A stretch of 20,000 nt of DNA, from the IMG/VR virus record IMGVR_UViG_3300005083_000031; one strand, written 5' to 3'. This stretch comes from an uncultured virus (IMG/VR IMGVR_UViG_3300005083_000031). Lineage: Duplodnaviria; Heunggongvirae; Uroviricota; Caudoviricetes. Position 1 is the stretch's first letter, and each line of letters opens with the position of its first letter. Shown here in pieces: positions 1 to 7,359 of this stretch. The notes under the pieces are model-generated. The model did not search any database and was not told the origin of the DNA. It was given only the letters and a program-made list of their open reading frames with translations. Position numbers and translations under genes: made by a program.

Positions 1-293
1 TTGTCCTGGATGCGTCCCGCCTGGCACTTCGAGCACACCTCGTCGCCCGGCTGGGCCGCCACGTTCCTCTGCCACCAGTCGTAGTACTCCCACCCGCCCT
101 TCGGGCGGGGCTCGTCGGGGAAGCGCACCCACGCCTCCTCCTTGAGCCTCCACTCCTCCTTCACCCTCTCGTACTCCCTGATCATCTCCTCCCTCTTCCG
201 GTTGCGGGCCTCGATCTCCTCGGGGGTGGGGATGTCCACCTCGACCTCGATCATGACGCCATCAATCCTCTCGACCATCTGCCTCGTGAGCAT
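1..293 (-). CDS. Hypothetical protein, runs off the left edge (MLTRQMVERIDGVMIEVEVDIPTPEEIEARNRK...CSKC...)
   Basis: Hand translation shows an open frame from ATG 293 to the window edge. It is preceded by CATTCAACCGCAAGGGGG, the same leader type as the other left-arm genes. GC3-rich codons; one CxxC. Absent from the ORF track because it is truncated. Confidence 0.75.
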   Translation of the reverse strand, partial: MLTRQMVERIDGVMIEVEVDIPTPEEIEARNRKREEMIREYERVKEEWRLKEEAWVRFPDEPRPKGGWEYYDWWQRNVAAQPGDEVCSKCQAGRIQD

Positions 294-552
294 GGGTTCC
301 CCCTTGCGGTTGAATGGTCTCGAACGCGTACCATCCGTGCATCCACTTCTGCAGGTACGCGTCCACCGAGACGGCCATCGTCTGCAGCATGCGATGGCCG
401 TCGTCCTCCCTTCCCTCTCCGAACGCCGTCCACGAGTCCCGGAGGAGGCGGCGCAGCGTGGCGTAGAGTTCCCGCCTCGCCGCCGCCCCCTCCCTGCGTC
501 TCGCCGCCCGGCGCTCGATGCGTCTCGCGACCTCATCGTCCCGCGGCATCAT
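262..552 (-). CDS. Hypothetical protein (96 aa)
   Basis: ORF track. AGGAGG upstream (spacing better fits the second ATG at 549); tightly packed with its neighbours. Confidence 0.6.
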   Translation of the reverse strand: MMPRDDEVARRIERRAARRREGAAARRELYATLRRLLRDSWTAFGEGREDDGHRMLQTMAVSVDAYLQKWMHGWYAFETIQPQGGTHAHEADGRED

Positions 553-868
553 CCCTCCTGTCCCAGCGGTTCCCGGCCTTGACGCCCCGCCAGGCGATGT
601 ACAGCTCCTTGTCCATGAGGCCCGCCCTCTCCGTCTCCTCCATCACCTCTCGCATGATGTCGGCGATGTAGTGGCAGCGGGCGGCCCAGCGCCTGTGGGG
701 CGCCGGGTCGCAGGCCTCGGGGGAGAGGGCCGCCACGAGGGCCACCTGGGCCAGCCCGCTGCGCACGGCGTCCTCCTCCCCCACCACGACCGCATGGTAG
801 CGGCCGACGTCCTCGTTCTCCATCCTCTCCCTGTAGGTGAGGTTGATGTTGATCACCCATTCCTTCAT
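533..868 (-). CDS. Hypothetical protein (111 aa, MKEWVININLTY...)
   Basis: C-terminal part of track ORF 533..1081. ATG at 868 overlaps the amidoligase stop (ATGA), with GGAGGAGG SD upstream. Confidence 0.75.
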   Translation of the reverse strand: MKEWVININLTYRERMENEDVGRYHAVVVGEEDAVRSGLAQVALVAALSPEACDPAPHRRWAARCHYIADIMREVMEETERAGLMDKELYIAWRGVKAGNRWDRRDDAAGR

Positions 869-2700
869 ACGGCCATCGCCTCCTCCCCCACGGCGTGAAG
901 GGACATGGTCGGGCCGCCCCACAGGATGCGCCCTCCCTCGAAGGAGCGGGCGCTGACGCCCCTCCCCCGGCCGAACTCGTAGAGCCTGTCGTCGCGCAGC
1001 GGCACCGACGTCACGCCCTCGTCGTCGCCCGTGAGCTGGAGGACGCGCAGGCTGTCGCCGTCCATCCACATGGCGGACCACACCTCACCCGACCAGCGCA
1101 TGCCCCGTCCCTCGCCCGGCGCCTCGAGGGAGCGGGACGTGATGGTGTCCAGGCGTCCGTCCTCGGTGGCGCGAATGGCGTTGGGCACCCATTCGAGCAT
1201 GTCGGTGCGGCACATCCCGACCAGCCACTCGGCGGTCACCGTCACCCCGCCGAAGGTGAACGTGCGGGTGAAAGCGTCCCGTCCCCGCTCGAAGAGGGTG
1301 GGCGTCATGTCCCTGCCGCCCGACGGCATGACTATGACGTACCCGTCCCTGATGACCGTCGCCACGCTCCCCACGGGGAAGCGGGTGCGCATCGCCGGGG
1401 GCTCGGGGATGCGGGTCTCCTCGCGGCGCCCGGGGCTGTCGAAGTCGTGCGACACCAGCAGCCCGGTGGCGAGCCACGTGGCGAACTCGGGATATCGGCT
1501 GTCGTTCATGGCGTATTCCCTGAATGCGTTCCACTCGTCCTCGTCCCCCTTGTAGAGGACGGGGTTGTCGCGGGTGAACTGGTGCGTGGCGTGCACGCCC
1601 TCGATCATCCGATAGAACTGGTCGATGCCGTCGGGGGCCACGCATCCCCTGACCTCGACGGTCTTGCCGCCGTTGCCCGTGGCCCAGTTGACCAACTGGT
1701 AGCGGTCGTTGCGGCGCATGGCCTCGCGGATGAGGGCGCGCATCCCGCCGTAGCCCCACGCCACCTTGGCGTAGCCCCCGCTGTAGCGGCGGCACAGGTT
1801 GCACAGCCTCCTGTTCCAGAAGTGCTCGCTCCAGAAGGAGTGGAAGGACTCCTTGTGGGCCTCCCCCATCATGGACGAGCTCAGGTGGATGTGCATGCTC
1901 GTCCCGCTGGACTGGGACGCCTCGATGATGTCGAGGAACGCCTCCAGCTCCTCCCGGGACTGCTTCCAGTACCTGAGCGTCAGCGGATGGGAGACCCATT
2001 CCGCCCCGTTGCGGAGGGAGCCGTCGCTCTTGGCGTAGAACACGCCCCTCATCATGCCGGACTCCCCGGCGGTGCGGAGGATGCGGGTCAGGCCCGAGGA
2101 GTACTCCCTCTCGATCTCCACCCCGAGGTAGAGGTGGGGCGAGGGCTCGTCGTCAAGCCTGCGGCAGTCCGCCTTGGGCTTGAACGAGTAGCTATGGAGC
2201 ATGCCCTCGGCCTCGACGTCGCCCGCCCGGGCGTCCTCGTCCCCGTCCCCGACCCAGTCCGAGACGCGGATGTCGTCGCGGAGGGCGCCGGCGTCCTCGG
2301 CGCAGCTCTGGCTGCAGTACAGGCGGTCGTCCGACCCCCTGTACTGGTCCTCGTCGTCCTCGTGGAAGGAGTCGCCGCACGAGGGGCACGTCTCGTAGTG
2401 GTAGTCGTAGCACCTCTGGCAGACGGTCTCGTCGGTGCGCTCGATCCACGTCGTCTCCGACCGGAGGACGCTGTTGTGGCAGTTGTCGCACACCGTGACG
2501 TCCTCGGCGCATCCCTCGCAGAGGAGCAGGACGCCGCCCCTGCGGTTGGTCCAGCGGTGCATGCGGGCGGGGCCGGGGATCTCCCCGCACGCCATGCACA
2601 TGCCCTCCGGGGCGTTCCTGTACATGGCGTCGAGGGCCTCGGGTCCCAGCTCCCAGAGGGCCTCCAGATCGTGACGCTCGGGCATGGTGAAACCGTTCAT
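865..2700 (-). CDS. Putative amidoligase (phage COOH-NH2 ligase, glutamine-synthetase-like fold) with N-terminal tandem zinc ribbons and an unknown C-terminal domain
   Basis: Ordered motifs YSFKP, GVEIE, KSDGSL, AEWVSHP, MHIH, RYQLVN, TVEVR. N-terminal CMAC/CEGC/CDNC/CQRC/CPSC/CSQSC. AAAGGAG SD; directly downstream of a GATase. Confidence 0.85.
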   Translation of the reverse strand: MNGFTMPERHDLEALWELGPEALDAMYRNAPEGMCMACGEIPGPARMHRWTNRRGGVLLLCEGCAEDVTVCDNCHNSVLRSETTWIERTDETVCQRCYDYHYETCPSCGDSFHEDDEDQYRGSDDRLYCSQSCAEDAGALRDDIRVSDWVGDGDEDARAGDVEAEGMLHSYSFKPKADCRRLDDEPSPHLYLGVEIEREYSSGLTRILRTAGESGMMRGVFYAKSDGSLRNGAEWVSHPLTLRYWKQSREELEAFLDIIEASQSSGTSMHIHLSSSMMGEAHKESFHSFWSEHFWNRRLCNLCRRYSGGYAKVAWGYGGMRALIREAMRRNDRYQLVNWATGNGGKTVEVRGCVAPDGIDQFYRMIEGVHATHQFTRDNPVLYKGDEDEWNAFREYAMNDSRYPEFATWLATGLLVSHDFDSPGRREETRIPEPPAMRTRFPVGSVATVIRDGYVIVMPSGGRDMTPTLFERGRDAFTRTFTFGGVTVTAEWLVGMCRTDMLEWVPNAIRATEDGRLDTITSRSLEAPGEGRGMRWSGEVWSAMWMDGDSLRVLQLTGDDEGVTSVPLRDDRLYEFGRGRGVSARSFEGGRILWGGPTMSLHAVGEEAMAV

Positions 2701-2736
2701 GCTGTTCTCCTTTGTGGTTGGTGGTTCGTTCGTGAG

Positions 2737-3600
2737 CTATCCTGCGATCAGGGCCCTGGTGAACTCGGCGTCCTTCCGTTTCTCCTCCCTCTCCTTCTCC
2801 GTGGCGGGGACGCGGAGGAAGTAGTCGTCGAGGACCCAGCAGAACTCGAGGTCCCCGTCGCACGGATGCTTGACCTTCGGGTCGGCGTACTCGCAGCGGT
2901 CGCGCCAGTAGCACACCCTCGGCTCCTCGGGGATGTGGATGTCGTTCCATTCGGAGCAGACCGGGGTCAGGTAGCTGTTGTGGTTGTAGTTCCACACCTT
3001 CCCCTTCCCCTTGTAGGTCGGGGTGCAGGTGCTCCTCCAACTGGTGTTCGAGAACCTGAGCCCCGAGTCGGTGTCGAGGTGCCAGCCGTCGCCCCACCAC
3101 GCGAGCTGGCGGCGGGGCCACGACCAGACGATGATCCTCTGGCTGTGCATCATGGCCGACAGTCCCGGCAGCGACTCCTTGCAGAAGTCGATGTGGCGAT
3201 GCGGCGCGAGCTGCATGCAGAGCTGAGCCGTGTCGCTCAGCCCGTCACGCTCGTGGTACTCGACCATGACCCCGTTGTGGACGAGGACCTGGTCGGCGAT
3301 GTAGTCCAGCGCCCGAAGGTCGTGGACATTGTCGGACAGCGGGAACGGATGGGTCATCCTGATGCTGTGACCCGACGTGCTGACCCTGAAGTGGTACAGG
3401 GCGATGTCGTTGTCCCTGACGATGTCGCGGTTCACGTCGAGCATGCCGTGGAGGTCGAGGGCCTTCTGGACGTGAATGCCCCCGCCGTCGGGGTCGGGGT
3501 ACGCGATGCCCCCGCCGTCGGGGTTCGCGTCCCACATGCGACGGATCTCGTCGTCCGTCGGCTTCCTAGACTTTCCATACTTCACGCAGATTACGCACAT
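2737..3600 (-). CDS. Class II (Ntn) glutamine amidotransferase
   Basis: N-terminal M-C nucleophile and motifs NPDGGG, HFRVSTSG, THPF, VHNG, SDT; Cys-rich C-terminal tail; AAGGAG SD. Confidence 0.9.
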   Translation of the reverse strand: MCVICVKYGKSRKPTDDEIRRMWDANPDGGGIAYPDPDGGGIHVQKALDLHGMLDVNRDIVRDNDIALYHFRVSTSGHSIRMTHPFPLSDNVHDLRALDYIADQVLVHNGVMVEYHERDGLSDTAQLCMQLAPHRHIDFCKESLPGLSAMMHSQRIIVWSWPRRQLAWWGDGWHLDTDSGLRFSNTSWRSTCTPTYKGKGKVWNYNHNSYLTPVCSEWNDIHIPEEPRVCYWRDRCEYADPKVKHPCDGDLEFCWVLDDYFLRVPATEKEREEKRKDAEFTRALIAG

Positions 3601-3649
3601 GGTGACTCCTTGGGGTTGAGGTTGGGTTGGGGATGAAAGGGAGGGCCCC

Positions 3650-3715
3650 CTAGTCCGAGAAGAACCAGAGGGCCAGGATGACGGCCGAGAGGATGCAGGC
3701 CCATGCGGCGCTCAT
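3650..3715 (-). CDS. Micro membrane peptide (21 aa, MSAAWACILSAVILALWFFSD)
   Basis: AGGAGG SD, ATGA overlap with the upstream stop, one hydrophobic helix; fills the intergenic space. Confidence 0.55.
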   Translation of the reverse strand: MSAAWACILSAVILALWFFSD

Positions 3716-3957
3716 CCGCACGCCTCCTGCCTGAAATGCACGTTGGGCCCCCGCAGGCAGCACGTCTCGACGTCGAGGTGCGTGGGGATGCGGGGGTCGT
3801 CGGTGCGGGGGACGAAGCAGTCGTGCTCGTCCCCCGCGCACACGGAGTACTCGTCGCCGTCCCCGTCGGTGACGACGAGCCTCAGCTCGCACTCGTACGG
3901 CGTGGACCCCTTGCCGTCGCCGCACGAATGGCGAAAGAACACTCGCGAATCGATCAT
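3712..3957 (-). CDS. Hypothetical Cys/Asp-rich protein (81 aa, MIDSRVFFRH...)
   Basis: C-terminal part of track ORF 3712..4395; AGGAGG SD before ATG 3957. Confidence 0.7.
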   Translation of the reverse strand: MIDSRVFFRHSCGDGKGSTPYECELRLVVTDGDGDEYSVCAGDEHDCFVPRTDDPRIPTHLDVETCCLRGPNVHFRQEACG

Positions 3958-3968
3958 GTCGCATCCTC

Positions 3969-4238
3969 CTAGTTGAGGTTCATGAGGTCGGCCATGTAGC
4001 GGTCCTCGTACACGTCGAGCAGGGCGTACGCCCTCTCGGCCTGCACGTAGTCGCGCAGGCTCTCCTTCATCAGCGGCGGGTTGGGGATGACGTACCCGCT
4101 GCGTCCGTTCCACTCCCCGATGGGCTGGTGGCTCAGCTCGTCGAAGGCGTCGAAGCAGCCCTTGACGCCCGAGGCCAGGATGTAGCCGCCGTTGTTGTGG
4201 GCCGACGAGACCCACTGGTTGAAACTCTTGGTCTTCAT
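3969..4238 (-). CDS. Hypothetical protein (89 aa, MKTKSFNQWV...)
   Basis: Track ORF 3969..4280 with the start moved to ATG 4238, after AAGGGAG. Confidence 0.75.
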   Translation of the reverse strand: MKTKSFNQWVSSAHNNGGYILASGVKGCFDAFDELSHQPIGEWNGRSGYVIPNPPLMKESLRDYVQAERAYALLDVYEDRYMADLMNLN

Positions 4239-4413
4239 GGTAAACTCCCTTCCGCACAGTTCGAGGGGCGAACGGCGCATGTGCGCCGTCCTTCCCGGGA
4301 GAATGTGCGATGTGTGTCGCGTCCGATTGGGGAATTGGACGGAGGGCCCGGCGTCGGACGTTCGCCGGGCCCTCGTGCGTCCAGACCACCCGCACTCCTT
4401 GTCGTGGTTGGGG

Positions 4414-4716
4414 TTAGAGGGGCCACTCGTTCCTGACCAGCTCGTCGATGGTCTTCATGGCCTCCTCGGACAGCTCGGAGGGGAGCGGCTCCCCGTCGAG
4501 CAGGACCTGGAAGATGCGGCTCCTGCCGTCCATTCTCCCGAACACCTTCAACGACTCCTTCTCGTAGAGGACGTCGAAGTAGAGGGGCGTGTCGCGGTTC
4601 CCGCAGTCGACGCGGATCTCCGCATCGACCAGCTCCGTGACGTGCACCCCGAGATCCTCGAGGTCGGCCGTCCTGAGGCGGTTGACGGCCGCCTTCATTC
4701 TCGTCTCCCTGTCCAT
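4414..4716 (-). CDS. Hypothetical protein (100 aa)
   Basis: ORF track; CAACCTCAACCGAAGGAG leader/SD; protein-like composition. Confidence 0.8.
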   Translation of the reverse strand: MDRETRMKAAVNRLRTADLEDLGVHVTELVDAEIRVDCGNRDTPLYFDVLYEKESLKVFGRMDGRSRIFQVLLDGEPLPSELSEEAMKTIDELVRNEWPL

Positions 4717-4747
4717 GGGGAACTCCTTCGGTTGAGGTTGATGAAAA

Positions 4748-4843
4748 TCAGAAGTTGATGAACGGACTCTCGAACATGCCGAGCGAGAGCGCGTGCAAGG
4801 CGCCCACGCCGAGAGTGAAGACGAGGCAGGCGAAGGTGATCAT
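4748..4843 (-). CDS. Micro membrane peptide (31 aa, MITFACLVFTLGVGALHALSLGMFESPFINF)
   Basis: Hydrophobic ORF filling the gap between two genes; GGGGGTGA upstream. Confidence 0.5.
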   Translation of the reverse strand: MITFACLVFTLGVGALHALSLGMFESPFINF

Positions 4844-4847
4844 GCCG

Positions 4848-5249
4848 TCACCCCCTGCCCGTCTCGGGGTCGTAGCCGGGATTCCAGGAGATGGAGCGCC
4901 TGTGCTCCGACTCCCAGCGCTGCGCCTTGCGCTCCCTCGCCACCCGCTCGTAGCTGTCGAGCCACGCCGAGTGACGGGACATGTCCAGGACGAGGATCTC
5001 CACCCTGTGCGCCATGCGCATCGTGTGGAAGCTCCAGTCGTCTCCCTGGACCTGCACGAGGGCCATGGGGATGCCGTCGCGTTCGGCCACGGTCCTCCGG
5101 ACCCAGTGGATCCAGTGCCGCATCGCCAGAAGGCGGCGGCTCCGGGCCCAGTTGGGGAAGTCGTCGCCGCACCTTCTCTCGATGTCGTTCTCCCACGCCG
5201 CGAACTCGAACCTGTCGAGCCGCACGGGCCTTTCCAATGTCTCGGGCAT
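4848..5249 (-). CDS. Hypothetical protein (133 aa, MPETLERPVRL...)
   Basis: Track ORF 4848..5327 with the start moved to ATG 5249, after CAACCTCGACAGGGAGGG. Confidence 0.75.
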   Translation of the reverse strand: MPETLERPVRLDRFEFAAWENDIERRCGDDFPNWARSRRLLAMRHWIHWVRRTVAERDGIPMALVQVQGDDWSFHTMRMAHRVEILVLDMSRHSAWLDSYERVARERKAQRWESEHRRSISWNPGYDPETGRG

Positions 5250-5292
5250 GATCGCCCTCCCTGTCGAGGTTGATGGAATCGCATGTGACACC

Positions 5293-5322
5293 AAAAGATG
5301 AAGGCCGCCCCGAAGGGCGGCC
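5293..5322 (-). terminator. Intrinsic terminator-like hairpin GGCCGCCC-UUCG-GGGCGGCC followed by UUCAUCUUUU
   Basis: 8-bp perfect stem (5303-5322), C(UUCG)G tetraloop, interrupted U-tail, just downstream of a stop codon. Confidence 0.7.
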
Positions 5323-5349
5323 CCCATGTGAAGGTGCGCATGCGGGGGA

Positions 5350-5688
5350 CTAGATGAACTCGATGTCCCCCATCCGCCTGCGGAGCATCTTCAGGAAGTC
5401 CACCCGGGACTCCATGGAGATGTTGCGGATCCAGGCGTACCCGGAGTGCTTCACCCCGAGCCTGGTCCCGTCGCCGTCCCGCTCCGACAGGAGCAGGGGT
5501 CGCCACCGGTGCATGCCCGTGAGCGGGCAGGTGGCGAACTCGACGGCCAGCGTCAGCCTCTCGCCGCCCGCCTCGGCGTCGGCGATGCGAAGCCCGAGCC
5601 GGACGTCCCTTCCCTCCGCCCCCGAGTCGCCGACGATCCCGACGAACTCGATGACCTCGGGATCGTTGGGGTTGACATTGAAAGACAT
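5350..5688 (-). CDS. Hypothetical protein (112 aa)
   Basis: ORF track; GAGGAGG SD with CAACC leader. Confidence 0.8.
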   Translation of the reverse strand: MSFNVNPNDPEVIEFVGIVGDSGAEGRDVRLGLRIADAEAGGERLTLAVEFATCPLTGMHRWRPLLLSERDGDGTRLGVKHSGYAWIRNISMESRVDFLKMLRRRMGDIEFI

Positions 5689-5752
5689 GCGTCCTCCTCT
5701 ACGGTTTGAGGTTGCGTCTGAAGGTTGACCCTACACCCGCCGGCATGACGCC

Positions 5753-5995
5753 CTATGCGTCGATGCCGAGCTCCGCCAGCTTGTCCTGGACCTCCATCGA
5801 ATCGATGGAGGCGAACATGTAGGCGGTGGAATACGGGAAGCACCCCAACAGGTGGTACTCCCCCGACCTCTTGAGCCACATGCACAGATGGCCTCGCCCG
5901 CGACGACGGGTGATCAGCTCGTCGCCACGGCGAAGGCCGCCGTTCTCCCCGTCGTCGCGAATGCGGGCGGCGACGGCGTACTTGTTGAAGGACAT
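5753..5995 (-). CDS. Hypothetical protein (80 aa, MSFNKYAVAA...)
   Basis: C-terminal part of track ORF 5753..6181; TGGAGG SD before ATG 5995. Confidence 0.75.
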   Translation of the reverse strand: MSFNKYAVAARIRDDGENGGLRRGDELITRRRGRGHLCMWLKRSGEYHLLGCFPYSTAYMFASIDSMEVQDKLAELGIDA

Positions 5996-6047
5996 GGGAA
6001 ACCTCCATGGTTGAAGGTGGACAAAACAAAAAAGGCCGATGACACCA

Positions 6048-6080
6048 ATGAAAGGGGGGAGCCTTGCGGCTCCCCCCTTT
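6048..6080 (-). terminator. Terminator-like hairpin AAAGGGGGGAGCC-GCAA-GGCTCCCCCCTTT
   Basis: 13-bp perfect stem (6051-6080) with a GNRA loop on the minus strand, directly after the stop at 6097. Confidence 0.7.
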
Positions 6081-6096
6081 GGTGATGGCATCCGCC

Positions 6097-6387
6097 TTAG
6101 AGGCCGACGTCCGCCAGGCCCTTGCGGGCCATGCGGTCCTTCGCCAGGACGGTGAGGATCGCATCGGCGAGCCTCGGCCACGGCGGGTCGCCCCGCCCGC
6201 AGACGTGGTACGTCTGCAGGTAGGCGTCCCGCTCGTTCTCATCGAGCGGGAACGCGCGCGCCCGCGCCTTGAACTCGGCCGCCGCCGCCCTGTCGGCGGG
6301 GGCGTTGGCAAGCTCCCGCTCGATGCGCCGCCCGAGCGAGACGGACCGGTTCAATTCGACCATCCCGAGACGTTCGCTTTCCTTCAT
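6097..6387 (-). CDS. Hypothetical protein (96 aa)
   Basis: ORF track; CAACCTTCAACCCAAGGAG leader/SD. Confidence 0.8.
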   Translation of the reverse strand: MKESERLGMVELNRSVSLGRRIERELANAPADRAAAAEFKARARAFPLDENERDAYLQTYHVCGRGDPPWPRLADAILTVLAKDRMARKGLADVGL

Positions 6388-6442
6388 ATCGAACTCCTTG
6401 GGTTGAAGGTTGAATGGATGAGGGCACCTGACGCCAGTCGAC

Positions 6443-6468
6443 GGGGCCGCCCCCGAAGGGGCGACCCC
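6443..6468 (-). promoter_or_regulatory. Intergenic RNA hairpin GGGGUCGCCCC-UUCG-GGGGCGGCCCC without U-tail (stabilising or processing element?)
   Basis: 11-bp stem with a G-U pair on the minus strand and a C(UUCG)G loop; nearly identical to the 5303-5322 hairpin. Confidence 0.6.
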
Positions 6469-6478
6469 ATGCCGGCGC

Positions 6479-6691
6479 CTACGCCCAGAGGTACTCGGGC
6501 GAGGCGTACGCCTCGCCCAACGTAACGACGACCCACGACGGCGCCCACTTCAGGGCGTTGGCGTCCGTGGGACGCCCCAGCTCGGGGTCGCAGTCCCACG
6601 CATCCTCCATCGCCGACAGGAAGAGGGCGTGGAGGCGGCCCGAGGCACGGACGGCGGAAAGGCCGCCGTCGAGGGTGATGTTCGTGTTCAT
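6479..6691 (-). CDS. Hypothetical protein (70 aa), first gene of the leftward operon
   Basis: ORF track; AAGGAG SD; a CATAAT -10-like hexamer upstream (6716-6721). Confidence 0.8.
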   Translation of the reverse strand: MNTNITLDGGLSAVRASGRLHALFLSAMEDAWDCDPELGRPTDANALKWAPSWVVVTLGEAYASPEYLWA

Positions 6692-6726
6692 TAGTTTTCT
6701 CCTTGGTTATGGAACATTATGCACAC

Positions 6727-6754
6727 GTCCCACTAGCCACGTGGCTAATGGGAC
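6727..6754. repeat. 28-bp near-perfect palindrome GTCCCACTAGCCAC|GTGGCTAATGGGAC
   Basis: 13 of 14 pairs complementary; centred on CACGTG. Confidence 0.85.
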
Positions 6755-7039
6755 AGTGGGCAGTTGGTATATTAGAACGCACTGTGGAACGTGCGTACTA
6801 ATGTCGGGAAGGGGAGGGGGGCAAATGTGGGTGTCCTAATGGCCAACTCTCAAAAATGTGACTGTAGGACGTTCTACAAAACATTAGTTTTTGGTAGAGA
6901 ACGCCCTGCGAGGCAGGCGGGTGGCTGCCGTGTGGGAGTTGGCTAATGGTGGGACAGTGAATCGGCCATGGTGGCCGATGGGAAGTGGGACGATGGTGGA
7001 AGGGGGAAAAAGCGAAAAGAAATACCCCGATATTTTTCG

Positions 7040-7063
7040 CACATTCGTCACGTGTCGAATGTG
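7040..7063. repeat. 24-bp near-perfect palindrome CACATTCGTCAC|GTGTCGAATGTG
   Basis: 11 of 12 pairs complementary; centred on CACGTG; flanked by ATACCCC (7022-7028) and GGGGTAT (7073-7079). Confidence 0.8.
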
Positions 7064-7359
7064 GGCGCATATGGGGTATATTTTTTTTTTTTTTCTCATT
7101 TCACTCAGAAGTAAGTTATAAAGCGTTATACAATAACAAAAACACCCCCCCGCCCCCTTCCCGAACCCGCCCGTCCGTAGGGCGAATCCCCCGCTGGCCA
7201 CTGGCCAACTCTCGCGAACCTTGCTTGTATTCTCTAGACTTTCCTCAAACCCGCCAGTACGTAGGGCGGGAGCCTGTTACACTATAAAATTTTTTACATC
7301 CCTTGTCATGTGTGTGGAACGTTTGCCGGCGTGCCATGCGTCATATGGCTTGTCCGTAG

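Noticed and set aside
93..110. CCCGCCC-TTC-GGGCGGG hairpin as a terminator
   Set aside because: It lies inside the minus-strand CDS (PRPKGG) and has no U-tract.
895..3636. 913-aa plus-strand ORF and other long antisense or alternate-frame ORFs (e.g. 10450-12405, 17197-18741, 14520-15905)
   Set aside because: Shadow frames of real genes in GC-rich DNA with few stops; no motifs or SD, and R/P/G-biased or mirror composition.
3712..4395. 227-aa ORF as one gene spanning the structured region
   Set aside because: Its N-terminal two thirds overlaps a better-supported gene out of frame and has shadow-like composition; only the last 81 aa are protein-like and have their own SD.
4400..6478. Intergenic units as integron attC sites
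   Set aside because: No paired RYYYAAC...GTTRRRY ends around a long imperfect stem on the coding strand, and no integron integrase in the window.
4301..7046. Shared 10-mer GAATGTGCGA between the 4.3 kb intergenic region and the 7040 palindrome arm
   Set aside because: A single 10-bp match between regions of this size can easily arise by chance.
6798..7287. Short ORFs in the hinge region
   Set aside because: They cross homopolymer runs (poly-Phe/Lys), lack an SD and do not match the genome's codon usage.
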